64,000 bases of DNA from an uncultured bacterium (GTDB taxonomy: Bacteria; Acidobacteriota; Thermoanaerobaculia; Multivoradales; JAHZIX01), in the NCBI GenBank assembly GCA_965368975.1, contig CBDUPA010000015.1, positions 32,001-96,000 on the forward strand, in the 5' to 3' direction. Below the pieces are notes generated by a model, which saw nothing but the letters and a program-made list of their open reading frames with translations, was not told the origin of the DNA and did no database searches. Shown one piece after another: positions 9,738 to 17,983 of this stretch (positions are counted from its first letter, which is position 1; each line of letters begins with the position of its first letter). The position numbers and the translations under genes were made by a program.

Positions 9738-11078
9738 TCAAGAGTTCTCTGACGCCGCGATCCAGCGCCTCGCCTTCAGCTCGAAGCGCGGCAGCGTCCC
9801 AGGCGCGACGGCGGTGACCGGCAGGCGAACGTGGAAAGCGGTGCGCAGGTCGTGCTCCAGCTGGCGCGCCAGCGCGGCACCGTCGTCGACTTCCGGCGCC
9901 GGCTCGACGGTCACCCGCAGCTCGGCCAGTGCGCCGCGCAGGTCGTGGACGACGCGAAACTCGGCCACACCGGGGCGCTGGCGGATCACTCCCTCGACCG
10001 CGCTCGGGTACAGGTTGACCCCGCGCACCACCACCATGTCGTCGACACGCGCCAGAATGCCACCGTCGAGGGCCAGCTCGGCCGTTCCCAGCTCTTCGGG
10101 CGAACGCAGGCTCTTGCGCACCAGGTCGCCGGTGCGGTAGCGCAGCAGCGGCGAACCGGGCCGCCGCAGCGTGGTCAGCACCAACTCGCCACTGTCCCCA
10201 TCCGTCACCGGCTCGCCCGTCGCCGGATCGAGGATTTCGGCCAGGAAGGCCCCCTCGTCGACGTGCAGCAGGTCTGGGAACGCCGGGTTGGGAAAGCTCA
10301 CTGGCCCGACCTCGGTCATGCCGTGGTGGTCGAAGACCCGCGCGCCACCCCAGGCTTGCGAGAGCCGCTCCCGCACAGCCGGCACGCTACCTCCCGCCTC
10401 CCCAGCCACGATCAGCGTGCGCCGTTGTCCCGGCTCGAGCCCGGCATCCAGTCCGGATGTCAGGTCGATCCCTTCCGCCTTCGCCACCTCGGCCAAGCGC
10501 AGCGCGTAGGTCGGCGTGCAGCAGATCATCGTCGCCTGGTTGTCGAGCAGCAGTCGCAGGCGTCCGGAACTGCTCAAGCCACCGCCCGGGATCGCCAGCA
10601 TTCCAAGCTGCGCCGCCGCTTCGAAGGCGGTCCAGAAGCCGAGAAAGGGGCCAAAGGAGAACGGCACAAAGGCTCGATCCTCGGCCGTCGCCCCGGCGGC
10701 CTGGAAGACGCGCTTCCACACATCGAGCAACGCCGCCCAACCGTCGGACGTGTCGAGCCAGCGCATCGGCTGCCCTGTCGTACCGCTGGTCTGGTGGAAG
10801 CGGGTGTAGCGCTCGAGCGGATAGCTGAGATTGCTACCGTACGGCGGATACCGCTGCTGGTCCTCAACCAACTGCGCCTTGGTGGTGCACGGCATGTGAC
10901 GGCGAAAAGTCTCGAGGTCGGGAAGTTGCCCCGCATCGTCCCCCGCGTCTGGCGATAGCCCAATCGCGCGCAGACGCGGCGCGTAGAAGGCGTTCGACGC
11001 CAGCTCGCCGAGCAGGAACCTCAGTCGCTGCAGTTGTAGAGCTTCGATCTGCTGACGCGAGCGCCCGTCAACCGGCAT
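9738..11078 (-). CDS. Phenylacetate-CoA ligase family (PaaK-like) aryl-CoA ligase
   Basis: TSGTTGQP, HHGMTE, YRTGD and RVDDMVVVRGVNLYPSAVE motifs; start overlaps the upstream gene's stop. Confidence 0.85.
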   Translation of the reverse strand: MPVDGRSRQQIEALQLQRLRFLLGELASNAFYAPRLRAIGLSPDAGDDAGQLPDLETFRRHMPCTTKAQLVEDQQRYPPYGSNLSYPLERYTRFHQTSGTTGQPMRWLDTSDGWAALLDVWKRVFQAAGATAEDRAFVPFSFGPFLGFWTAFEAAAQLGMLAIPGGGLSSSGRLRLLLDNQATMICCTPTYALRLAEVAKAEGIDLTSGLDAGLEPGQRRTLIVAGEAGGSVPAVRERLSQAWGGARVFDHHGMTEVGPVSFPNPAFPDLLHVDEGAFLAEILDPATGEPVTDGDSGELVLTTLRRPGSPLLRYRTGDLVRKSLRSPEELGTAELALDGGILARVDDMVVVRGVNLYPSAVEGVIRQRPGVAEFRVVHDLRGALAELRVTVEPAPEVDDGAALARQLEHDLRTAFHVRLPVTAVAPGTLPRFELKARRWIAASENS

Positions 11079-11658
11079 CGCGACCACCACCCGGCGCTTC
11101 AACGGACATCTCGATAGGCCTCTCGGAGGGCGGCAAGATCTCCACCACTTCCGCCAGCGTCGCCCCGCTCTCCCGCGAGAGGATGTTGTGGCGCCCGTAC
11201 AGCAGCGTCCCCAAGTCGGCATCCAAAGCCTGGCAGATGCTGGACTGGCACGGCAGACGCAAGAAAGTGCTCGGCCGGCTCAGATACGGCACGCTGTACT
11301 TCGCCAGAATCGCCCCCAGCGGCCGAGTGCCGTCGAGCACTTCGCTACACGCCTGGCTATCGAGATTCTCCAAGTGAATTCGGATCGCGCCGAACTCGAC
11401 CGGCTTGTCGCTGTCGACACCGGCCAGCACGACCCGTCGGTGCAACACCGAACCCTCCAAACGCTTTTCCAGCACTCGCAGGCACATCATCTCTCCGTGG
11501 AAGCGCTCCAGCGTCGAGGTCATGTCCTGGCGGTGGACCAGAAGGCTCCGATACGGCTCGGGCAGCGAATCACCCGGGATGGTCTCGGCAATCAAGGACG
11601 GCAGGAGGAAGGTCGCGGTGAGGTCGAGGGGCGAAAGAGCAGCGTGCACGTCAAGCAT
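11068..11658 (-). CDS. Chorismate pyruvate-lyase-like (UTRA fold) protein
   Basis: LLVHRQDMTSTLE, RRVVL, EFGAIRI, PLGAIL, LYGRHN and AEVVEILP motifs. Confidence 0.65.
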   Translation of the reverse strand: MLDVHAALSPLDLTATFLLPSLIAETIPGDSLPEPYRSLLVHRQDMTSTLERFHGEMMCLRVLEKRLEGSVLHRRVVLAGVDSDKPVEFGAIRIHLENLDSQACSEVLDGTRPLGAILAKYSVPYLSRPSTFLRLPCQSSICQALDADLGTLLYGRHNILSRESGATLAEVVEILPPSERPIEMSVEAPGGGRDAG

Positions 11659-11963
11659 GCCCTGAATCTACGACAGAAGTCGGAGGAAGTTCCAGTCAAC
11701 GCCACGCTGCTCTCAGCCCATCGCCTGCTCCACGACGGCCGACGTCGAGCGACGTCGGGCCGCGTTATCGAAGTGGCAGAAGAAATCGCATCGACCCTTT
11801 AAAGCACTCATAAATAGACCCTTACGGCGACCAAGAACCTGGCACCCAGCTTGCTATCTCAGGCTCTCGCAGCGCTGCCTTGCCTGGCGCCAGAACGTCC
11901 CGGCGCGGCAGCAAGCAAGTTGCACAAACCCATTTCTCACAACCAACCCAAGGAGAACGCCCC

Positions 11964-12188
11964 ATGGCCGTCAATCCCATCATCTTCAACCGCCTCGACA
12001 ACGAGATCAACTACGAGACTCAGCCCCCCATGGGCTCGGGCACGATCACCGCCAACAATGGGGCGACGATCAATGGTCCCGCCGAGGTGTTCTTGAGTTC
12101 AGCCAAGGGCGGCTACGCCTTCACCCAGTTCGATGCTCACGAAGGCTACGAGTACACCATCGACCTGACCAGTAAGAAGATCGGCTGA
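11964..12188 (+). CDS. Small hypothetical protein (74 aa)
   Basis: AAGGAG RBS; GC-rich third codon positions; MAVNPIIFNRLDNEINYETQPPMGSGTITANNG...; 33 bp upstream of the glycosyltransferase. Confidence 0.8.
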   Translation: MAVNPIIFNRLDNEINYETQPPMGSGTITANNGATINGPAEVFLSSAKGGYAFTQFDAHEGYEYTIDLTSKKIG

Positions 12189-12221
12189 TCCTCGACCAGC
12201 GAACGAAAGGAGACCTGTACC

Positions 12222-13514
12222 ATGCTCGAAACCCGCAAGCCTCGCGTCTTGGTAGTTGGGGATGCCGTGGCACCTACCGGCTTCGCCCGCGTCGTACGGG
12301 AAATCTTTCAACCGCTGGTCGCCGCGCCCGAGGCGCAGTCGTGGGAGATCCACCAGCTCGGCACCAACTACTTCGGGGATCCCCACGACTGGCCTTGGCC
12401 TGTCTACCCCGCCGCCACCGGCGGCTACAATACCGGCGCCCACCGCCTAGCCGGCTTGGTCCAGAAACTACAGCCGGACCTGGTGTTCGCGATCAATGAC
12501 CCTTGGGTGCTCGCCGAGTACCTGGACGCGCTAGAGCCGTTCGAGGATGTCAAGAAGGTGCTCTACTGCGCCTTCAACACCGGCCCCATCGACCCGGAGG
12601 TGCTGCCGAAGTTGAGCCGGTGTGACCGCTTCGTCGTCTACACCGAGTTCATCCGCAAGGCGATGCATGAGGCGCTCGAGCAGGCCCGGGACCAGCCGAC
12701 CAGCAAAGAAGACGGCGGTCATTTCGACTTCCCCAAAAAATTCCCAGACGTCGAAGTGATGCCCCACGGCGTCGACCTCACTACCTTCCACCCCCTGGCC
12801 AGCGATCGTCGAGACGCCAAGCAGCAGGCGCGGGAAGCTCTCTTCGCCGGGCATCCCGAACTCCAGGACGGCTTCATCGTCCTCAACTCGAACCGCAACC
12901 AGCCACGCAAGCGCATCGATATCACCATGGCCGGTTTTGCGCACTTCGTCGCAGATCTGCCCGAAAGTGACGCCCGCAGGGTCTTCCTGCACCTGCACAT
13001 GGGACTCAAGGACCTGGGCTGGGACATCCGCCAGCTCGGCCGCCGTCTCGGCATCGACCGCCACCTGATCCTCACCGGCCTGCACTCCGGCCCGCCCCAC
13101 GTCGACGACGCGCAGCTCAACGCCATCTTCAACGCCGCCGACATCGGCATCAACACCGCCACCAGCGAAGGTTGGGGCCTGGTGAGCCTGGAGCAAGGTG
13201 CCGCCGGTCTGGCGCAGATGGTGCCCGATCACACTAGCGGTCGCGAGTTGTGGCACGGCGCGGCCGAGCTGCTACGACCCGCGCTCAGCTTGACTGACCC
13301 CGCCACCCTGTGCACTGAACAGCTGATCGACCCTCTCACCGTCGCCGCCAGCCTGCGCGACCTCTACGACCACCCGGAACGACTGCGCGAACTGGAAGAA
13401 GCGGCTGTTCGCGTGAGCAGCCGGTCCAAGTATCGCTGGGACCAGATCGCGGGCCAATGGCAAGACCTCTTCCTAGCGACGCTGAACGTCGAGCCCGCAC
13501 CGGCCCGGTGCTGA
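12222..13514 (+). CDS. Glycosyltransferase, GT-B fold (family 4-like)
   Basis: GDAVAPTGFARV, PHGVD, NRNQPRKRID and SEGWGLVSLE (Ex7E) motifs; AAGGAG RBS. Confidence 0.85.
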   Translation: MLETRKPRVLVVGDAVAPTGFARVVREIFQPLVAAPEAQSWEIHQLGTNYFGDPHDWPWPVYPAATGGYNTGAHRLAGLVQKLQPDLVFAINDPWVLAEYLDALEPFEDVKKVLYCAFNTGPIDPEVLPKLSRCDRFVVYTEFIRKAMHEALEQARDQPTSKEDGGHFDFPKKFPDVEVMPHGVDLTTFHPLASDRRDAKQQAREALFAGHPELQDGFIVLNSNRNQPRKRIDITMAGFAHFVADLPESDARRVFLHLHMGLKDLGWDIRQLGRRLGIDRHLILTGLHSGPPHVDDAQLNAIFNAADIGINTATSEGWGLVSLEQGAAGLAQMVPDHTSGRELWHGAAELLRPALSLTDPATLCTEQLIDPLTVAASLRDLYDHPERLRELEEAAVRVSSRSKYRWDQIAGQWQDLFLATLNVEPAPARC

Positions 13515-13757
13515 TATGGCGCCACCTGCCCCGCGTTGTCGGCCGATGTCGATCAACGTCGACTCACGTCGGTCAACCTTGCCCCAGCGCTCAAAGCCCT
13601 TCATTTAAACCGCCAATAATCAGAACAAAAACAATAAAAACAGGAACTTACAAAAAATACCCAAAGATGGCACAGCACTTGCTGTACATGACTCTCAAGC
13701 CGCCGCACAGTGCGATGCGGTTCCTGCAAGTTCAATTCTCAGAAAGGACACACAGAC

Positions 13758-14126
13758 ATGCCAACGAAGGAAGACGCCAGCGTAGCCACTTTCAAGGTCG
13801 ACATCCCGGCCGGCCCCCTCTGGAGCAACGACGAAGCGCAGAAGCTCGGCCCGTCGATCGCCGCCGCCCACCTGGGCAAGTTCACCGGCCAGTGGACCAC
13901 CGTCGTGCCGAACCAGATGAGCGTCGTGCAGGTGGAACTGCCGGCCCAGCCGACCGGCGACACCGAATACACCATGGATGTGCTCGCGGGTCCGATCTGG
14001 AGCAACGACGACGCCAAGGAGAAGTGCCCGTCGATCTGCGCCAGCTACGGCGGCACCTGGAACGGTCAGTGGAAGACGGTCGTCGAAGGCAAGATGAGCG
14101 TCGCCGGCTGCACGTTCAAGTTCTGA
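13758..14126 (+). CDS. Mannan-binding lectin, Microcystis viridis lectin (MVL) family, two tandem domains
   Basis: Two repeats: IPAGPLWSNDEAQKLGP...FTGQWTTVV...MSV and VLAGPIWSNDDAKEKCP...WNGQWKTVVEGKMSV, matching the MVL signature. Confidence 0.9.
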   Translation: MPTKEDASVATFKVDIPAGPLWSNDEAQKLGPSIAAAHLGKFTGQWTTVVPNQMSVVQVELPAQPTGDTEYTMDVLAGPIWSNDDAKEKCPSICASYGGTWNGQWKTVVEGKMSVAGCTFKF

Positions 14127-14155
14127 TTTTCTAAGCCCGATCCCCAATAACTCCG

Positions 14156-14183
14156 AAAGGCCACAGGATTCCTGTGGCCTTTT
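14156..14183. terminator. Bidirectional intrinsic terminator
   Basis: AAAGGCCACAGGA-T-TCCTGTGGCCTTTT between convergent genes. Confidence 0.75.
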
Positions 14184-14233
14184 GTGCGTCTGGGCCCGTT
14201 TCCAGGGCAGCTTCGGTGCAAGCAGAGGCAGAG

Positions 14234-14791
14234 TTAGTCGCGCCGCTGGAAACGCAGGCGGAAGCCCTCCTCGTCTCCATCGGAGACGGTGACCGTCAAC
14301 TCCTTGCCTTCCGCGAGTTGGCCCTCCCTCAGCTGGCCAGCACCGAGCCGATACTCGAGCTTCTTCGGAAAATCGTGATCCGGGTTCTCGAAGACGGCTG
14401 ACGCTTCCGAGCACTCGGTGAGATGGAAGGCGACCGGCAGCGCATTGTGCGCGACCTTCGGGATGTAGAAGACCGCATCGCCCATCTCGACCAGCCGTAG
14501 CTCTTCGCGGCTCTTCAGGTCGCCGCTGTCGGCATCGCGCGTCTCGCCAATGCCCTCGAAGGTCGAAGTGCTGACCTCTTTCCAGGACTCGGAAATCACG
14601 CTCGTCTGGCCGGCTGACGGCACCGTCTGCCAATCGCCGAGCAGCCACCGTACATCTTGCAGCGAGTTGCAGGTCGGCGCGTCGGTGTTCGGCGGATCTG
14701 CCATAGCAGAGAAAGAAGGGACGAGAGTCGAGAGCAGCACAAGAGCAGCGATCAACGCCCGAGCGTAAGCACGGAACCTGGACGCAATCAC
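14234..14791 (-). CDS. Secreted DUF6265-like beta-barrel protein
   Basis: GTG start overlapping the upstream stop; signal peptide; WLLGDW and VFENPDHDFPKKLEY motifs. Confidence 0.7.
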   Translation of the reverse strand: MIASRFRAYARALIAALVLLSTLVPSFSAMADPPNTDAPTCNSLQDVRWLLGDWQTVPSAGQTSVISESWKEVSTSTFEGIGETRDADSGDLKSREELRLVEMGDAVFYIPKVAHNALPVAFHLTECSEASAVFENPDHDFPKKLEYRLGAGQLREGQLAEGKELTVTVSDGDEEGFRLRFQRRD

Positions 14792-14928
14792 GTGCGCTTG
14801 GCCTTCTTCTTGGCCTTCTTCACCTTCTCTTGGCGCTTCGCCGGATCGAGCCGGGCCATCAAGGGACACCGCTGGCAGGCGTCGGGCTTCTTCTTGTACT
14901 TCTTGCAGCACTTGGATTTCAGCTTCAT
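14788..14928 (-). CDS. 46-aa Lys/Cys-rich mini-protein with CC-x9-C-x2-CP motif
   Basis: MKLKSKCCKKYKKKPDACQRCPLMARLDPAKRQEKVKKAKKKAKRT; AAG/TGC codon bias; GTGA stop/start overlap with the next gene. Confidence 0.7.
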   Translation of the reverse strand: MKLKSKCCKKYKKKPDACQRCPLMARLDPAKRQEKVKKAKKKAKRT

Positions 14929-14971
14929 CTGGCAGTGGTCCCTGGTGCGTGTCCGGCTGTGACTGAAGCGG

Positions 14972-15000
14972 AATGAGAAGTTATTGAGATGCACTCTCAA
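14972..15000. promoter_or_regulatory. Fur-family-like operator
   Basis: Inverted repeat TTGAGA-TGCAC-TCTCAA (14984-15000) with overlapping AATGAGAAGTTATT, about 45-70 bp upstream of the Cys mini-protein. Confidence 0.55.
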
Positions 15001-15054
15001 CAGGAGTAGAGAGATAGTGGACTATTACGGTCCGCTTTGTCAAGCAGGGGTCGG

Positions 15055-15816
15055 CTACTCCTTCTCGTCCTGCCGAGAGGGCCCCGCCACCACCATCCCC
15101 TCGACGCTCCCCTCCGCAGGCGGCCACTCGATCAGCAATCCACCACCCACGCCCTTGGCCACGTCCGGCCCGTACAGCCAGTCGAGCACATACATCCCCG
15201 CCTCGTAGCTCTTGACGCCTCCCTGCGACGTCACCGCCTTGCCGTGGTGCACGAAGCTCACCTGCCGCTGCACGTCGATCTTGTCGAAGGTCTGTTCGAA
15301 AAGGTCGTGGTCCGACGGAAACGTCGTCGCGGCCAAGTCATCGAGCAAGCCGGCTTCGGCGAGCACGAACGCGCCCCAGCACAGGGACATGACGACCTTC
15401 GCTTCACCACCGACCTTGCGCACCCAGTCGATCATCACCTTGTTTTCGCGGTCCGAACCGCGGCTGTTCTCGGCGCTGGCGACGACCAGGATGTCGATCG
15501 GTTGGGCGGTTTCAAAGCTGTAGTGCGCCTGCACGATCAAGCCCTCCGCGGTGGTCACGGGCATGCCGTCCGCCGAGACGGTGAAGGTCTCCATGCCGGG
15601 TTGAACCTGGTAGACGGCGTGATTGAACAGATCGTAGGGGGCGACGAGCTCGGTGTTGTAGATGCCGTCGACAAGCAGGAAGCCAACGCGCAGGGGGCGG
15701 TCTTCGGGGATCTCGGGAGCAGGGGGGCGGGTCCACGGCAGGTCGGCGGCGTGCAGGCCCGCGGTCATCGAACAGAGGGACAGTAGAACGACCGCGGTAG
15801 CAGCGAGAAAACGCAT
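15055..15816 (-). CDS. Secreted DJ-1/PfpI family protein
   Basis: Signal peptide; ELVAPYD, SLCWGAFVLAEAGLLD and TSQGG motifs. Confidence 0.85.
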   Translation of the reverse strand: MRFLAATAVVLLSLCSMTAGLHAADLPWTRPPAPEIPEDRPLRVGFLLVDGIYNTELVAPYDLFNHAVYQVQPGMETFTVSADGMPVTTAEGLIVQAHYSFETAQPIDILVVASAENSRGSDRENKVMIDWVRKVGGEAKVVMSLCWGAFVLAEAGLLDDLAATTFPSDHDLFEQTFDKIDVQRQVSFVHHGKAVTSQGGVKSYEAGMYVLDWLYGPDVAKGVGGGLLIEWPPAEGSVEGMVVAGPSRQDEKE

Positions 15817-15917
15817 GAGGATCGGGCTCCTGGAAGGTCGGAATTCGTACTTCGGGTGGTCGGCAGTGTACCATTCGGGCGCATCCAGCTCGTCTGGTTC
15901 CAGGAGGACTCCATACC

Positions 15918-17825
15918 GTGACCATGCACCGCTTCTCGCACTCCACCGCCCTCGTGGCGCTCAGCTTGACGGCCTTGTCGATGGCCGTGCTGGCAGGCCT
16001 CTTCGCAGGCCCGGCCCACGCGGCCTTCCCGACCGCCGTCAACAGCCAGATCACCGACATCGTCGAGTCGGCCCACAACGCCGGGGAGCTGTTGCCGCCC
16101 GACCATGGGTGGGACGGCGCCAGCAGACGCTTCATGCTCGACGACGATCACCCGTGGGTGACGCCGGCAGAGGTGACCAACCTGACCGACTCGCCGAGCT
16201 ACGACGAGACCGTCGCCTGGCTGCAGCGGCTGGTGGAAGCGGTACCGCAGTTGCACCTCGAATCGCTGGGCAAGAGTCCGGAAGGCCGCGACATCTGGAT
16301 GGTGATCGCGTCGACGGACGGCTCGACTCCGGAGGCACTGAAAGCGAGTGGCAAGCCGCTGCTGCTGGCGCACAGTGGCATTCACTCGGGCGAGATCGAC
16401 GGCAAGGACGCAGGGCTGATGCTGCTGCGCGACATGACCGTCGCCGGCCGGCACACGGGGCTACTGGACCACGTCAACCTCCTGTTCATCCCAATCCTGA
16501 GCGTCGACGGGCACGAGCGCAGCTCGACCTTCAGCCGCATCAACCAGCGCGGTCCGGTCACGATGGGCTGGCGTTCGAATGCGCGCAACCAGAACCTGAA
16601 CCGCGACTTCAGCAAGCTGGACACGCCCGAGGTGCGAGCACTGATCGGCGCCTTCCGGCGCTGGCAGCCGGACCTCTACATCGACCTGCACGTCACCGAT
16701 GGCGCCGACTACCAGTACGACATCACCTGGGGCTATACCGGTCAGCACGGGTACTCACCGAATATCGCGCGCTGGCTCGACGACGTGCTGTCGCCGGCCT
16801 TGCACCGTGACCTGGAAGCGCAGGGGCACATCCCAGGCCCGCTGATCTTCCTGGTCGACAAGCGCCGTCCCGAACAGGGCAACTACGGCTGGACCGCCAG
16901 CCCGCGCTTCTCCAACGGCTATGGTGACGCCGCTCAGCTCGCTTCGGTGCTGGTGGAGAATCACAGCTTGAAGCCCTACGATCAGCGCGTGCTCGGCACC
17001 TACGTGCTGCTGGTCAGCGCGCTCGAGACGTTGGGCTCGCACGGTGAAGGGCTGCGCCGAGCCACCGCCGAGGACCGCGCGCGGCGCGCCGATCCGGTGC
17101 CGCTGACCTGGACGACACCGTCCGACACGGCGCCCGAGACGTTCACCTTCAAGGGCATCGAGTTCCGCCTCGAACGTTCGGCCGTCTCCGGCGGTCTGCG
17201 CCAGGTATGGACCGGTACACCAGCGGAGTGGCAGATCCCGCTGGTCGAGTCGAGCCAGCCACTGCTGAAGGCGAGCCGCCCGGCCGCCTACTGGCTGCCG
17301 CCGGCCTGGGGTGACGTCATCGAGCGCTTGCGTCTGCACGGCCTCGCTGTCGAGACAATCGACGAGGCCACCGAGGTCGAAGTCGAGATGTACCGCCTGG
17401 TGGACCCGCTGCTCGACTCGATGCCGTTCGAAGGGCACCCTCGCGTCAGCGCGACGCCGGTCGCCGAACGACGCCGCGTCACCTTCCCTGCCGGTTCCGT
17501 GCGCGTACCGACCGACCAGCCCCTGGGCACACTCGCCGTGCTGCTGCTGGAGCCGGCGTCTCCGGACTCGTTCTTCCAGTGGGGCTTCTTTCTCGAGGTG
17601 TTGCAACGCACCGAGTACTTCGAGAACTACGTGATGGAGCCGCTGGCCGAGCTGATGCTGCGTGAGTCGCCGGAGCTGGCGGCCGAGTTCGAAGCCAAGC
17701 TACTCGACGACCCCGACTTCGCCGGTGACCCGAGCGCGCGCCTGCTCTGGTTCTATGAGCGCACGCCCTTTTCCGACGTCCGCTACCAGCTCTATCCGGT
17801 CGGCCGTGAGCTATCGACGCCGTGA
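15918..17825 (+). CDS. Secreted M14 zinc carboxypeptidase
   Basis: GKSPEGR, IHSGEIDG (HxxE), NLNRD and DLHVT motifs; signal peptide. Confidence 0.9.
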   Translation: MTMHRFSHSTALVALSLTALSMAVLAGLFAGPAHAAFPTAVNSQITDIVESAHNAGELLPPDHGWDGASRRFMLDDDHPWVTPAEVTNLTDSPSYDETVAWLQRLVEAVPQLHLESLGKSPEGRDIWMVIASTDGSTPEALKASGKPLLLAHSGIHSGEIDGKDAGLMLLRDMTVAGRHTGLLDHVNLLFIPILSVDGHERSSTFSRINQRGPVTMGWRSNARNQNLNRDFSKLDTPEVRALIGAFRRWQPDLYIDLHVTDGADYQYDITWGYTGQHGYSPNIARWLDDVLSPALHRDLEAQGHIPGPLIFLVDKRRPEQGNYGWTASPRFSNGYGDAAQLASVLVENHSLKPYDQRVLGTYVLLVSALETLGSHGEGLRRATAEDRARRADPVPLTWTTPSDTAPETFTFKGIEFRLERSAVSGGLRQVWTGTPAEWQIPLVESSQPLLKASRPAAYWLPPAWGDVIERLRLHGLAVETIDEATEVEVEMYRLVDPLLDSMPFEGHPRVSATPVAERRRVTFPAGSVRVPTDQPLGTLAVLLLEPASPDSFFQWGFFLEVLQRTEYFENYVMEPLAELMLRESPELAAEFEAKLLDDPDFAGDPSARLLWFYERTPFSDVRYQLYPVGRELSTP

Positions 17826-17842
17826 GCCAGGACGCATGCCCC

Positions 17843-17880
17843 GCCTTTGGCTGGCGACCGGCTGCCTTTGGCTGGCGACC
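17843..17880. repeat. Short tandem duplication (17-bp unit, 21-bp period)
   Basis: GCCTTTGGCTGGCGACC at 17843-17859 and 17864-17880. Confidence 0.8.
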
Positions 17881-17983
17881 CACCGCCCCCCAGCCTTGAC
17901 GCCAGGAACCCTCGAGATTTCCAGTTTCCGACATCTTCCTAGAACCCTGCCGCCATGAACCGTCCTCAGGAGACCTTCTCACG

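Noticed and set aside
17843-17880. Possible CRISPR or REP array
   Set aside because: There are only two adjacent 17-bp copies with no spacers, and no cas genes or arrays were seen in the window.
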